Positions 1-9,358 of a stretch of 64,000 nt of DNA are shown piece by piece. Position numbers and translations under genes: made by a program. The notes beneath the pieces were generated by a model, which saw only the letters and a list, made by a program, of their open reading frames with translations, made no database searches and was not told where the DNA came from. Position 1 is the stretch's first letter; each line of letters begins with the position of its first letter. Source of the stretch: Candidatus Flemingiibacterium merdigallinarum (GTDB lineage Bacteria > Bacillota > Clostridia > Oscillospirales > CAG-272); NCBI GenBank assembly GCA_904386005.1, contig CAJFKR010000001.1, positions 212,221 to 276,220 on the forward strand, in the 5' to 3' direction.

Positions 1-1287
1 GATACCGAGTGGTTCAGACATGACCGCTTCGGTATGTTCATCCACTGGGGACTCTACTCGATGCCGTCGCGTCACGAGTGGGTCAAGACCAACGAGCGCA
101 TACCCGAGGAGAAGTACGACAAGTATTTCAAGTATTTCAACCCCGACCTCTACGACCCGAAGGAGTGGGCGCGTCAGGCTCGTGCCGCGGGTATGAAGTA
201 TGTGGTGCTGACGACCAAGCATCACGAGGGCTTCTGTATGTTCGACTCGCAGTACACCGACTACAAATGCACGAACACGCCGGCTGGCCGCGATCTCGTG
301 CGTGAGTATGTGGACGCGTTCCGCGCCGAGGGACTGCGTATCGGCTTCTACTACTCGCTTATCGACTGGCATCACCCCGAGTTCCCGATCGACAATCTGC
401 ATCCCCGCCGCGACGATCCCGACGCCGAGGAAAAGTCGAAGGGTCGCGATATGAAGAAATACGCAGAATATATGCGAAATCAAGTGACCGAGCTGCTGAC
501 CAATTATGGTAAAATCGATATTTTGTGGTTCGACTTCTCGTATTCGGGCAACACGAATCCCAACAAGCCGTGGATGCGCGGCAAGGGCAAGGACGACTGG
601 GAGGCAGAGGAGCTTATCGCGACCGCGAGACGCCTCCAGCCGGGCATTATCATCGACAACCGCACTGAGATCGAACAGGACCTCTGGACTCCCGAGCAGT
701 ATCAGCCGACCGCGTGGGTGCGCCACGCCGAGACCGGCGAGCTGGTCACGTGGGAGGCTTGCCAGACCTTCTCGGGCTCGTGGGGCTACTACCGCGACGA
801 GATGACCTGGAAGTCGCCCGAGATGCTGATACAGATGCTTATCAACACCGTATCGGTCGGCGGAAACCTCTTGATGAACGTCGGTCCGACGTCGCGCGGC
901 TATCTCGACTACCGTGCCGAGGCGGCTCTCGCGGCTTACGCCGACTGGATGAAGTACAACAGCCGCTCGATCTACGGCTGCACGATGGCTGAGCCCGAGC
1001 TGCTCGCGCTCTGCCCGAACGGCTGCAAATTCACGCAGAGCGAGGACGGTTCGAGACTGTACATTCATCTGTACGAGTATCCGTTCCAGTATCTCGAGCT
1101 TCAGGGCTTTGCCGGCAAGGTCGACTACGCGCAGTTCTTGCACGACGGAAGCGAGCTGCTGTTCGAGGAGAACAAGATCTCGCATTTCAGCGAGGGACGC
1201 ACCGCGAGCGACAATATGCTTGTGATCAAGCTGCCGGTCGTCAAGCCGAAAACGCTCGTTCCGGTAATCGAGCTGATGCTGAAATAA
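1..1287 (+). CDS. alpha-L-fucosidase, GH29 family (5' end outside window)
   Basis: Frame is open from base 1 (DTEWFRHDRFGMFIHWGLYS). GH29-like motifs FGMFIHWG, KHHEGFCMFDS and WFDF are present. Stop at 1285-1287. Confidence 0.85.
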   Translation, partial: DTEWFRHDRFGMFIHWGLYSMPSRHEWVKTNERIPEEKYDKYFKYFNPDLYDPKEWARQARAAGMKYVVLTTKHHEGFCMFDSQYTDYKCTNTPAGRDLVREYVDAFRAEGLRIGFYYSLIDWHHPEFPIDNLHPRRDDPDAEEKSKGRDMKKYAEYMRNQVTELLTNYGKIDILWFDFSYSGNTNPNKPWMRGKGKDDWEAEELIATARRLQPGIIIDNRTEIEQDLWTPEQYQPTAWVRHAETGELVTWEACQTFSGSWGYYRDEMTWKSPEMLIQMLINTVSVGGNLLMNVGPTSRGYLDYRAEAALAAYADWMKYNSRSIYGCTMAEPELLALCPNGCKFTQSEDGSRLYIHLYEYPFQYLELQGFAGKVDYAQFLHDGSELLFEENKISHFSEGRTASDNMLVIKLPVVKPKTLVPVIELMLK

Positions 1288-1293
1288 GCGCAA

Positions 1294-1688
1294 TTAACGT
1301 GAGTTCGATGGGGTTCTATGTTTGGTACTACAATATTGTTTGTTTTCACTGGGGGATGACCCTACGAGTTGCTTGCACAACTCGAAAAAAGGGTCTCCCC
1401 GGCACTTAGGCGAGCAAGCTCGCCTAAGTGCTGACCCCACACCCGAAAACTTTTGACAATTTGGGTCAAGACATAATTGTTCATAACTGCACAGAGATTA
1501 TATAACTGCTTATTGTCAAATACCACAGTGATGCGCCGCCTTAGGCAGGTTCGTCCGTAGGACGAAACTGCTGGGGCCACCGCTCCCCAACCGGCGGCTT
1601 GATTTCTACGTGGTCGTTTGAATTCTTAGTTGTTTGTTCAGTTAATTGCGTATTTGAATTGTCATAATTCTCGTCGAACTCATATTAA
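1294..1688 (+). mobile_element. MITE-like non-coding repeat, copy A (about 395 bp)
   Basis: Terminal inverted repeats TTAACGTGAGTTCGATG and GTCGAACTCATATTAA. Collinear with 41938-42252 and with the two halves of 15315-16944. No conserved ORF. Confidence 0.6.
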
Positions 1689-1723
1689 TCAACATAGATA
1701 TGCCGCGCACAATTGTACAGCAC

Positions 1724-1756
1724 AAAAAATCCCCGACCGGATTCTCCGGTCGGGGA
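1724..1756 (-). terminator. Rho-independent terminator of the Cys/Asp-rich gene
   Basis: Hairpin TCCCCGACCGG-attct-CCGGTCGGGGA. The A-run on the plus strand gives a U-run on the minus transcript. Confidence 0.7.
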
Positions 1757-1808
1757 TATGCGCTTTGTTATTTTCGTATCAGACCGCGCGAAAGACAAAT
1801 AAGCCCTA

Positions 1809-2159
1809 TTACTGAGCGTCGGCGGGCTTGTCCTCTTCGCATTCGCTGCTGTCGCCGCACTCGCAGACCTCGCTGCAATCGCAGCTGTCGTCACAGCTGC
1901 TGCTGTCGTCGCATCCGCAGCTCTCGTCGTCATCGTCAAGCTCGAGCTCGTTGAGCGCGTCCTCGTCGATGTCCCACGAATCAATGCTGTCGCTGTCGTC
2001 ATGGCAGCAGCAGTCGTGCAGCTTGCAGGCGTGCTTCTTCTTGCAGAGCTTCATTATAAGCAGCAGTATACCGGCAGCGGCGATAATCGAACCCGTGATA
2101 ATCAAAACCAGCTTGAGCGCGCTTGCAGAGCCGCTCTCGCATCTCTGTATTTTCTTCAT
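1809..2159 (-). CDS. small membrane-anchored Cys/Asp/Ser-rich protein (116 aa), function unknown
   Basis: SD GGAAGGTG lies 6 nt before the ATG. TGTTATAAT extended -10 at 2201-2209 and own terminator. One N-terminal TM helix, a basic patch, then an acidic tail with 13 Cys. Confidence 0.6.
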   Translation of the reverse strand: MKKIQRCESGSASALKLVLIITGSIIAAAGILLLIMKLCKKKHACKLHDCCCHDDSDSIDSWDIDEDALNELELDDDDESCGCDDSSSCDDSCDCSEVCECGDSSECEEDKPADAQ

Positions 2160-2267
2160 GTTCGCACCTTCCTTTACGAAGAATAGTATATGACTATGCT
2201 ATTATAACATACGAGGATAAATATTCCTCTGATTTTTTATAAACAAATTGTTAATTAACCTTCGGCG

Positions 2268-2741
2268 TCAGAGTACAAGATCCATTCTGCGCTTCTGAAC
2301 ACCGAAGCCGTGCTTTTCGTAGAACTCGCGGGCACGGTCGTTGAACTCCCAGACGTCGAGGTCGATTCGTGTGAAATCATTCTCGCGCGCGTAGGTCTTG
2401 ACGTATTCGACGAGCAAGCTGCCGACACCGCCGTCCCGGCAGCTCTTGTCGACGCAGACGTCCTCGAGGTGAAGCGTCTTGGCGTCGCGCAGCATCGGGT
2501 CGCCCTTGATTTCGGTGATTATGCAGAACACATACCCGACGACCTGACCGTCATTGACCGCGCAGAATATCGGTCGGGTCGGGTCGCACAAAAGCTGTGC
2601 CAACTGCTCGTTTGTGAATTTGACGCCGCCGTCCTTGAAGATATCGGGGCGACCGGCATAGTGAATCGCCTCGACCTGCAAAAGCAGCGACTGTAGGGCG
2701 GGGATATCCGACTGTACGGCTTGTCTTATCTGAAGATTCAT
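2268..2741 (-). CDS. GNAT family N-acetyltransferase
   Basis: 157 aa. Carries the typical GNAT acetyl-CoA-binding segment (RDGGVGSLLVEYVKTYARE) and a C-terminal FYEKHGF motif. Confidence 0.8.
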   Translation of the reverse strand: MNLQIRQAVQSDIPALQSLLLQVEAIHYAGRPDIFKDGGVKFTNEQLAQLLCDPTRPIFCAVNDGQVVGYVFCIITEIKGDPMLRDAKTLHLEDVCVDKSCRDGGVGSLLVEYVKTYARENDFTRIDLDVWEFNDRAREFYEKHGFGVQKRRMDLVL

Positions 2742-2765
2742 AATGATTGCTCCTGTTCTGTGATT

Positions 2766-3491
2766 TTATATTGATTTCTCGGATATATTCGCCGGCTGCG
2801 CGCCGACAATCAGCCGCGCGACAAGATACATCAGGAGGTATCCAAGCAGGCTGTACACAAGCGCGGTGGGGTAGGGCAGGACGAGATATATAAGTTCGGT
2901 AGTGTTTATAGGCGCGCCGACTTCGACAAGCAGAGATACTGTCTCGGTGAGGCTCGACAGTAGCAGCGATATAAAGAGGACGAGCGACGAGAACACAATC
3001 GCGCGCGACAGCCGTCCCTTAACCGAGAACAGCTCGAGCGAGTAGTCGCGCTGCTTTGTGTCGGCGCGGCGGCGTATCAGGCGCGCGACCGCGAGCAATA
3101 TAACCGAGCGCAGAAGCTCATACAGGCAGCTTGTGATACAGTAGGAGATATACTGGTCGGTGAGCACAGAGCTGCCGTAGAATATGCGGTCGAGGGTGAT
3201 CATAGCAAGATAGATGAGCGGCGGCGACACAAGGTAAATTATGTAATACACCGCGCCGCAGCTTCGGTATGACATCGCGACCGCGGCGGCGGCTCCCGAC
3301 GCGAACAGGCAGGCGACGCTGAGGATTTCGGACGCGTAGCCGATGATTTCGGGGACAATTTCCGGATAAACGATATCGCTTGAGGTGATTGTAAGCGCCA
3401 CGCCCAGGACAAAGGTGTTTATAAGCGGCAGAATTATCGCGGTCGCGAGCAGAATTACAAACAGGCGGCGTTTTTGTATGTGTGTTGGCAT
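2766..3491 (-). CDS. multi-pass membrane protein, function unknown
   Basis: 241 aa, about 6 hydrophobic segments. Divergent from lexA. Confidence 0.55.
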   Translation of the reverse strand: MPTHIQKRRLFVILLATAIILPLINTFVLGVALTITSSDIVYPEIVPEIIGYASEILSVACLFASGAAAAVAMSYRSCGAVYYIIYLVSPPLIYLAMITLDRIFYGSSVLTDQYISYCITSCLYELLRSVILLAVARLIRRRADTKQRDYSLELFSVKGRLSRAIVFSSLVLFISLLLSSLTETVSLLVEVGAPINTTELIYLVLPYPTALVYSLLGYLLMYLVARLIVGAQPANISEKSI

Positions 3492-3614
3492 TGCAGATTC
3501 CGTTCCATTTTATCAAATTACATGAAAATAGTATACCACAAATCGAATAAGCGCGTATTACGTCAATATTTTCAGTTTGTTAATTCTTTATAAATAAAAA
3601 ATTAAACAATAACT

Positions 3615-3628
3615 CGAACAATCGTTTG
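3615..3628. promoter_or_regulatory. LexA (Cheo/SOS) box
   Basis: CGAACAATCGTTTG matches Gram-positive CGAAC-N4-GTTCG with one mismatch. It overlaps the -35 of the lexA promoter. Confidence 0.7.
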
Positions 3629-3654
3629 CAATTTTGATTGATTTGTGGTATAAT
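3626..3654 (+). promoter_or_regulatory. lexA promoter
   Basis: TTGCAA, 17-nt spacer, TGgTATAAT (extended -10). Confidence 0.6.
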
Positions 3655-3723
3655 TGTTTTAGGAAGAAATCCGCCCGAACTCTCGCCGCGGCGGCGAGGG
3701 ATCAGAAAGGAATGGTCTGATAT

Positions 3724-4338
3724 ATGAATAATAATTTAACCGACCGAGAGCGTGAGATATACAACTACATACTGAACGCAATCAAGAACGAAGGCTACTC
3801 GCCGAGCGTGCGCGACATCTGCAACGCGCTTAATATGAAGAGCACGTCGACTGTACACACTTACCTCGAGCGGCTCGAGCGCAAGGGCATGATCCAGAAG
3901 GAGTCAGGCAAGAGCCGCACTCTGCGAATCGAAAACGAGGGAATACACTCGTCGTCGACCGTGCGCGTGCCGATACTCGGCAAGGTCGCGGCCGGTATGC
4001 CGATACTCGCGGTCGAAAACTACGAGGGCTACATCGATTTCCCGCGCCCGAACTCCAACGTGACGTCGAACGATATGTTCGCGCTGCGCATACAGGGCGA
4101 CAGCATGATCGAGGCGGGAATTCTCGACGGAGACCTGATCGTAGTCGAGAAGCGGACGACCGCAGAGGACGGCGATATAATCGTCGCGCTCGTCGACGAT
4201 GAAGCGACGGTCAAGACCTTCTACCGCGAGCCTGACTGCTTCCGGCTTCAGCCCGAGAACCGCGCAATGGAGCCAATCTACGTGCGCGAGCTGCTCGTGC
4301 TGGGCAAGGTGGTCGCGAGCATGAGGTTTTATCGGTGA
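3724..4338 (+). CDS. lexA: LexA repressor
   Basis: 204 aa. N-terminal winged-helix region (YSPSVRDICNAL) and C-terminal S24 peptidase with GDSM and a conserved Lys region. Confidence 0.95.
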   Translation: MNNNLTDREREIYNYILNAIKNEGYSPSVRDICNALNMKSTSTVHTYLERLERKGMIQKESGKSRTLRIENEGIHSSSTVRVPILGKVAAGMPILAVENYEGYIDFPRPNSNVTSNDMFALRIQGDSMIEAGILDGDLIVVEKRTTAEDGDIIVALVDDEATVKTFYREPDCFRLQPENRAMEPIYVRELLVLGKVVASMRFYR

Positions 4339-5367
4339 CGATATAGTCGATGAAATCACCCGCCGCAAGCAAAACTGGGTAGAGTTCGCCGATCCTAAAA
4401 GCGGCGTCAACCGTCTGCTTGTCATAAGCTACGGCGAAGGGATGCCGCCGCGACCGATGCTCTGGTGGGAGCTGCTGCGCGAGCGCGAGGACTGGAGCTA
4501 CAACACCTACATGAAAAATTCGAGGATGTTTCATACATTCCCGACAACACGATCCCATTTCTGTCGATGATAACCGGCACCGAGATATTCGCCGAGGCGT
4601 TCGGCTGCCGCGTACACTATCCGGACAACAACAATCCGTTCGCCCTGCCGATGATATCGAGTGTAGATGAATTTTACAAAATAAAAAAGCCGCGGCTTGA
4701 GGACACGAAGCTGCCGCTGCTCATCGAATCAGCCGAGCGGCTGCGCGAGCGAGCCGGAGCCGACGCGCTGCTCAGCCTGCCCGACAATCAGACTCCGATG
4801 GACATCGCCGCGCTGATTTGGGAGAAAAGCGACTTCTATGCCGCGCTGTATGACGAGCCGAACGCGGTGCTTGAGCTCGCGTCTATGATAAAGGAGCTGC
4901 AATTCGAATTCTTTGACGAATGGTTCAGCCGCTTCGGCAGGGAGCACATCGCGCATTTTCCCGACTACTATATGCCGAGCGGAATCACGATATCCGAGGA
5001 CGAGGTCGGCGCGGTGAGCGCCCAGATGTACCGCGAGTTTTTCGAGGATAAGCTGAACGAATTCTCGGAGCGGTACGGCGGTATCGGCGTACACTGCTGC
5101 GCCGACTCGGCTCATCAATGGGAGAACTTCAAGCGCATCAAGGGACTGAAGATATTGAATCTCTGCCGCAATCGTCAGGACACGCTGACGTCGCTCGACG
5201 TTTTCCGTGACGTCTGCGGGCAATACCCCGGCTGTGCATTGAGCGATTACGGCAGGCTGCCCGAGCCGGAGAGGGTTCACGTCGCGCAGTATATATATGT
5301 GCCGACGCGCGAGACGGCGAAGCACGCAGCCGAGCATTTTGCCGAATACGGCGTTGTGCCAATGTGA
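4325..5367 (+). pseudogene. uroporphyrinogen-decarboxylase (URO-D/MtaA)-like gene, apparently frameshifted and lacking a clear start
   Basis: Protein-like reading (DDIVDEITRRKQNWVEF...WSYNTYMK) in one frame from 4337. It continues in the -1 frame (HEKFEDVSYIPDN...) after the A5 run at 4514-4518. No canonical start before ATG 4442. Confidence 0.45.
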
Positions 5368-6029
5368 TGAGCGGATACAAATACGCGTCCGGATTATCCG
5401 GATTGATTGAGGAAACCTCCGAAAATTCGGTTTAACAGAAAGATAAATCGACATAATGGGTATCGAAATCGACAACATGGGGATAGATTTGTTATTACCA
5501 CTGATTTTATGGATTTTCGAGGACCTTTAAGATACTTGACTTGTTATATAACCGGCATGATTCCGCTGTGCGGCGGAAATCGCGCCGGTTTTTATTTATG
5601 TGTTATCTAGTTTGGCGATTGCCGCCGTGTTATAATTGCGGTTGGGCGCGGCGTTAGCGTCATTCTGCGGATACACGCCGTCTGCCGCATCACAAGGCTT
5701 GTTGTTTACAATGGCTACAACAACGCAAATTGGGAATTATACACAAAATATTCATCGTGATTTTATTGAATATACATCTTGATTATTTTATAATTCCATA
5801 GTATCATATGTATAGAATATAAATCGAACTTGAAATAACCGAAAAGGTGTGAGTCCGATGTTTTTCTACATCTAAATAGATAAAGATACCGTGCGGTATT
5901 TTATCAATGCTATTGACAGCATGACAGAAGTGAATGATCATTATGAAGATATGTATGACAAACTCCTCAACCTATATGAATTGATGAGTCGGGGATAATT
6001 ACAATTATTTGCAGCTTTGGAGGTATATT

Positions 6030-7157
6030 ATGAAAAGTCTTATTTTGTTGGTGCTGACACTTTGCTGCTTTATAACCGGAGATAAGACGGCGCCGGTCGC
6101 AATGGGCAATACAGCTCTTCTTGACAACAAATATCTGTACGTCAACAGCAGCGAATACGGAGGCGGATTTTACAAGGACGACGATGTGATATATTACGCG
6201 AATGTCTACGATATGCGCAAATTATATGCGTACGATATTGCGAAAGACGAAGCTGTTTTGCTGGTCGACGACGTCATACGCGTATTGTACATTCGGGTGT
6301 ATGACGACGTAATATACTTTACCGGAATATCGTTAAGCAAAGATTACGAAAACTACGGAGATATTATTTTCAAGGTGAACTATAGTATTTTCAAGGTGAA
6401 CAAAGACGGCTCGAACCTTGAAATGGTTATAGATTACGCGATGAACCCCATTGTTATGGGCGATAATATATACTATTTGGATTGCAGTCAGGAGTTTGTC
6501 TATTCAATCTGCCGTTACAACACACAAACCAAAGAAAGCGAGGTGCTGGTTGACAAAACCGAATTTATGCCGGCACAGCTCAATATCGTCGGAAACAAAA
6601 TATATTATGTTGTAAATTATTGCACGCTCATGGAGTATCGCATGGATACAAAGGAAACGAAGCTTGTGGCGCACGAGGAATATCAACTCGAACGAGTGCA
6701 GTATTTCGACGGAGCGCTGTATTACCACACGGGCTTCTATACCGGGCGTTCCACGTCAATAGTGAAAAAAATCGAGCCTTTGACCTATGAAGTCGAAACC
6801 GTATTTGATTTTACCGAGCTGTATCCCCATCGGCAGGATTGTGAAATGTATGGTATTGACATTTTGTCTATGAATGTTACGGAGGATAAAATATTTTTCG
6901 GCGGCAAAATAATAATGAGCGACAGGTCTAAAAATGAAAGCGGAGCGTTCATATATGACCGCAATGAGCACAGCCTACAGAAACTCGATAATACCGACAA
7001 CCGATTGCTGTCAATGTCAACCTATATCACCGACGACGCGATCTTTTATATGAAAAATAAAGAGATGGACAACGCAAAGAGCATTGTTGTGCTGGATCAC
7101 AACGGGAATGATATAAGCGACCGATACGCCGGAATGTATGTCGGGAGCGAGGAATAG
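6030..7157 (+). CDS. secreted/lipoprotein beta-propeller-like protein (DUF5050-like repeats)
   Basis: GGAGG lies 6 nt before ATG 6030. Signal peptide MKSLILLVLTLCC. Recurrent D..IYY / N.IYY motifs. AT-rich relative to its surroundings. Confidence 0.6.
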   Translation: MKSLILLVLTLCCFITGDKTAPVAMGNTALLDNKYLYVNSSEYGGGFYKDDDVIYYANVYDMRKLYAYDIAKDEAVLLVDDVIRVLYIRVYDDVIYFTGISLSKDYENYGDIIFKVNYSIFKVNKDGSNLEMVIDYAMNPIVMGDNIYYLDCSQEFVYSICRYNTQTKESEVLVDKTEFMPAQLNIVGNKIYYVVNYCTLMEYRMDTKETKLVAHEEYQLERVQYFDGALYYHTGFYTGRSTSIVKKIEPLTYEVETVFDFTELYPHRQDCEMYGIDILSMNVTEDKIFFGGKIIMSDRSKNESGAFIYDRNEHSLQKLDNTDNRLLSMSTYITDDAIFYMKNKEMDNAKSIVVLDHNGNDISDRYAGMYVGSEE

Positions 7158-7179
7158 TCAAGCAGGGCTATGAACATAT

Positions 7180-7237
7180 TCAACCGGATTCAATCGGATT
7201 CAACCGGATTTCGCCGGATATGACCGGATTCAACCGA
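7180..7237. repeat. 10-bp tandem repeat (TCAACCGGAT-like), about 5.5 units
   Basis: Units read tcaaccggat tcaatcggat tcaaccggat ttcgccggat atgaccggat tcaaccg. Confidence 0.8.
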
Positions 7238-7242
7238 AAATA

Positions 7243-7281
7243 AAAACCGACGCCGCTCGATGAGCGACGTCGGTTTGTTTT
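7243..7281. terminator. bidirectional Rho-independent terminator
   Basis: ACCGACG(C)CGCTC-gat-GAGCGACGTCGGT flanked by an A-run and a T-run. Sits between convergent genes. Confidence 0.75.
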
Positions 7282-7354
7282 GTGATTATATCCTGTTCCG
7301 AGCGGTGTGTTTCCGCACCGTTCGGAAAAGTACAATCCGAGTAAATTATTATTA

Positions 7355-8047
7355 TCAGCCGAGCTTTGCGTAGTTGATCTTTACGCCGGGTCCCATAGTG
7401 GACGCGACGACGCAGCTCTTGATATACTGACCCTTGGTTGCGGCCGGCTTTGCCTTGATGATAGCGCCGAGCAGCGTGTTGAAGTTCTCAGCGAGCTTCT
7501 CTGCGCCGAACGATGCCTTGCCTATAGGGCAGTGGATGATGTTGGTCTTGTCGAGACGGTACTCGATCTTACCGGCTTTAGCTTCATTGACAGCCTTGGC
7601 TACGTCCATTGTGACCGTGCCGGCTTTCGGGTTCGGCATGAGTCCCTTAGGACCGAGGATCTTACCGAGACGTCCGATGACGCCCATCATGTCGGGAGTG
7701 GCGATGATGATGTCGAAATCGAACCAGTTCTCCTTCTGAATCTTCGCGACATAGTCCTCGGCGCCGACATAGTCTGCGCCGGCAGCCTTTGCTTCCTCCG
7801 CGCGGTCGCCCTTAGCGAAAACGAGAGTGCGGACGGTTTTACCGGTGCCGTTGGGGAGCACTACCGCGCCGCGGACCTGCTGGTCTGCGTGACGCGAGTC
7901 GACGCCCAGACGAACGTGAACCTCTACGGTCTCGTCAAACTTTGCCTTTGCGGTCTGGCAGACGAGCGAGAGCGCTTCGTCGGTGTCATAAAGCTTGGTT
8001 CTGTCGATAAGCTTAGCGCTTTCAATATATTTCTTTCCAGTAGACAT
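7355..8047 (-). CDS. rplA: 50S ribosomal protein L1
   Basis: 230 aa. Characteristic MSTGKKY...VHVRLGVD...GTVT sequence. Confidence 0.97.
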   Translation of the reverse strand: MSTGKKYIESAKLIDRTKLYDTDEALSLVCQTAKAKFDETVEVHVRLGVDSRHADQQVRGAVVLPNGTGKTVRTLVFAKGDRAEEAKAAGADYVGAEDYVAKIQKENWFDFDIIIATPDMMGVIGRLGKILGPKGLMPNPKAGTVTMDVAKAVNEAKAGKIEYRLDKTNIIHCPIGKASFGAEKLAENFNTLLGAIIKAKPAATKGQYIKSCVVASTMGPGVKINYAKLG

Positions 8048-8062
8048 TACAGTAGCTCCTCC

Positions 8063-8488
8063 TTATTCCTCAACAGTGATACCCATGCTGCGCGCGGTTC
8101 CGGCGACCATGCTCATAGCCGCTTCAAGCGAGCCGGCGTTGAGGTCGGGCATCTTCTGCTCCGCGATCTGCTTTACCTGCTCACGGGTGAGCTTTGCGAC
8201 CTTGGTCTTGTTAGGAGTGGGCGACGCGGTCTCGATACCGCACGCCTTTTTGATGAGTACCGGAGCGGGCGGAGTCTTGGTGATGAAGGAGAATGAACGG
8301 TCGGCGTAGACGGTGATGACTACCGGGATGATAAGACCGATGTCCTTTTTGGTTCTTTCGTTGAATTCCTTGGTGAATACCGGAATCGCAACGCCATACG
8401 CACCGAGCGCAGGTCCTACAGGCGGAGCGGGAGTAGCCTTTCCTGCCGGCAGCTGCAGCTTGATGTAGCCAGTTATTTTCTTTGCCAT
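8063..8488 (-). CDS. rplK: 50S ribosomal protein L11
   Basis: 141 aa. [29 protein letters not shown]. Confidence 0.97.
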   Translation of the reverse strand: MAKKITGYIKLQLPAGKATPAPPVGPALGAYGVAIPVFTKEFNERTKKDIGLIIPVVITVYADRSFSFITKTPPAPVLIKKACGIETASPTPNKTKVAKLTREQVKQIAEQKMPDLNAGSLEAAMSMVAGTARSMGITVEE

Positions 8489-8797
8489 GATAAATGCACC
8501 TCCGAATGTGGTAAGCGGAAGCCTTTACATATATGTGAACGCTTCCATTGAAAATTTTCGGGAGAATTTTTCTGTGGTTTTCTCCCTCCCACGTTTTTGG
8601 GACAGTTTATGGCTGCGCTGGATATCACCCCGGCGACCGCCTTGTCCCCTGCCGCCATTTACAGCGGCGTCGCTGCTGTGTCAAAATGGTGCGGACCGGT
8701 CCCGTTAGGCAATGCCATAGATGTGGCGGGGTCATACCTATATTGACAGCCAAGTCTCCGCGGATATAATATGCCGCGGCGACATTTTGCAGTCTGA

Positions 8798-9346
8798 TTA
8801 TTTGTCGGCGAGCTTTATGTCCTTCGCGTCCAGCTCGAACGGTGTGTCTCTGCCGAACATATTGGCGATGACCGTGACCTTTGAAAGGTCGTCCGAGATT
8901 TCGCGCAGCACGCCGCGAGTTCCCTTGAGCGGACCTTCTTTGATCTCGACGGTGTCGCCCACGCTGTAGCTCACGACTTCCTTAGGTTCGTTTGTCTCGA
9001 TTCCCATCGCGGCGACCTCGGCGTCGGTGAGAGCTGTCGGCTTTGAGCCGGGTCCGACAAAGCCTGTAACGCCGCTGATGTTTCTGACGACGTGCCAAGT
9101 CTCGTCGGTCATAATCATCTTTACAAGCACATAGCTCGGGTAGATCTTTTCCTCTACCTCTTTGCCCGTCTCAACGTCCTTTTTAGTCTCGACCGGGATT
9201 CTGATGTCGACAATCATGTCTTGCAGTCCGCGGTTTTCGACAATCTTTTCAAGGTTGGTCTTTACCTTGTTTTCATAGCCCGAATAGGTGTGCGCCACAT
9301 ACCAGCGTTTTTCGCCGGTAGCGTCGTACAGGTCGTTCATTCCCAC
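8798..9346 (-). CDS. nusG: transcription termination/antitermination factor NusG
   Basis: WYVAHTYSGYENKV NGN domain plus a C-terminal KOW domain. GTG start 8 nt after AAGAGG (ATG 9340 is an alternative). Confidence 0.93.
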   Translation of the reverse strand: MGMNDLYDATGEKRWYVAHTYSGYENKVKTNLEKIVENRGLQDMIVDIRIPVETKKDVETGKEVEEKIYPSYVLVKMIMTDETWHVVRNISGVTGFVGPGSKPTALTDAEVAAMGIETNEPKEVVSYSVGDTVEIKEGPLKGTRGVLREISDDLSKVTVIANMFGRDTPFELDAKDIKLADK

Positions 9347-9358
9347 GTCGAAAGCCTC

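Noticed and set aside
1828-2193. Ser/Leu-rich 121-aa ORF on the plus strand
   Set aside because: It sits opposite the Cys/Asp-rich gene. The minus-strand ORF has the SD, promoter and terminator, while the plus-strand one has none.
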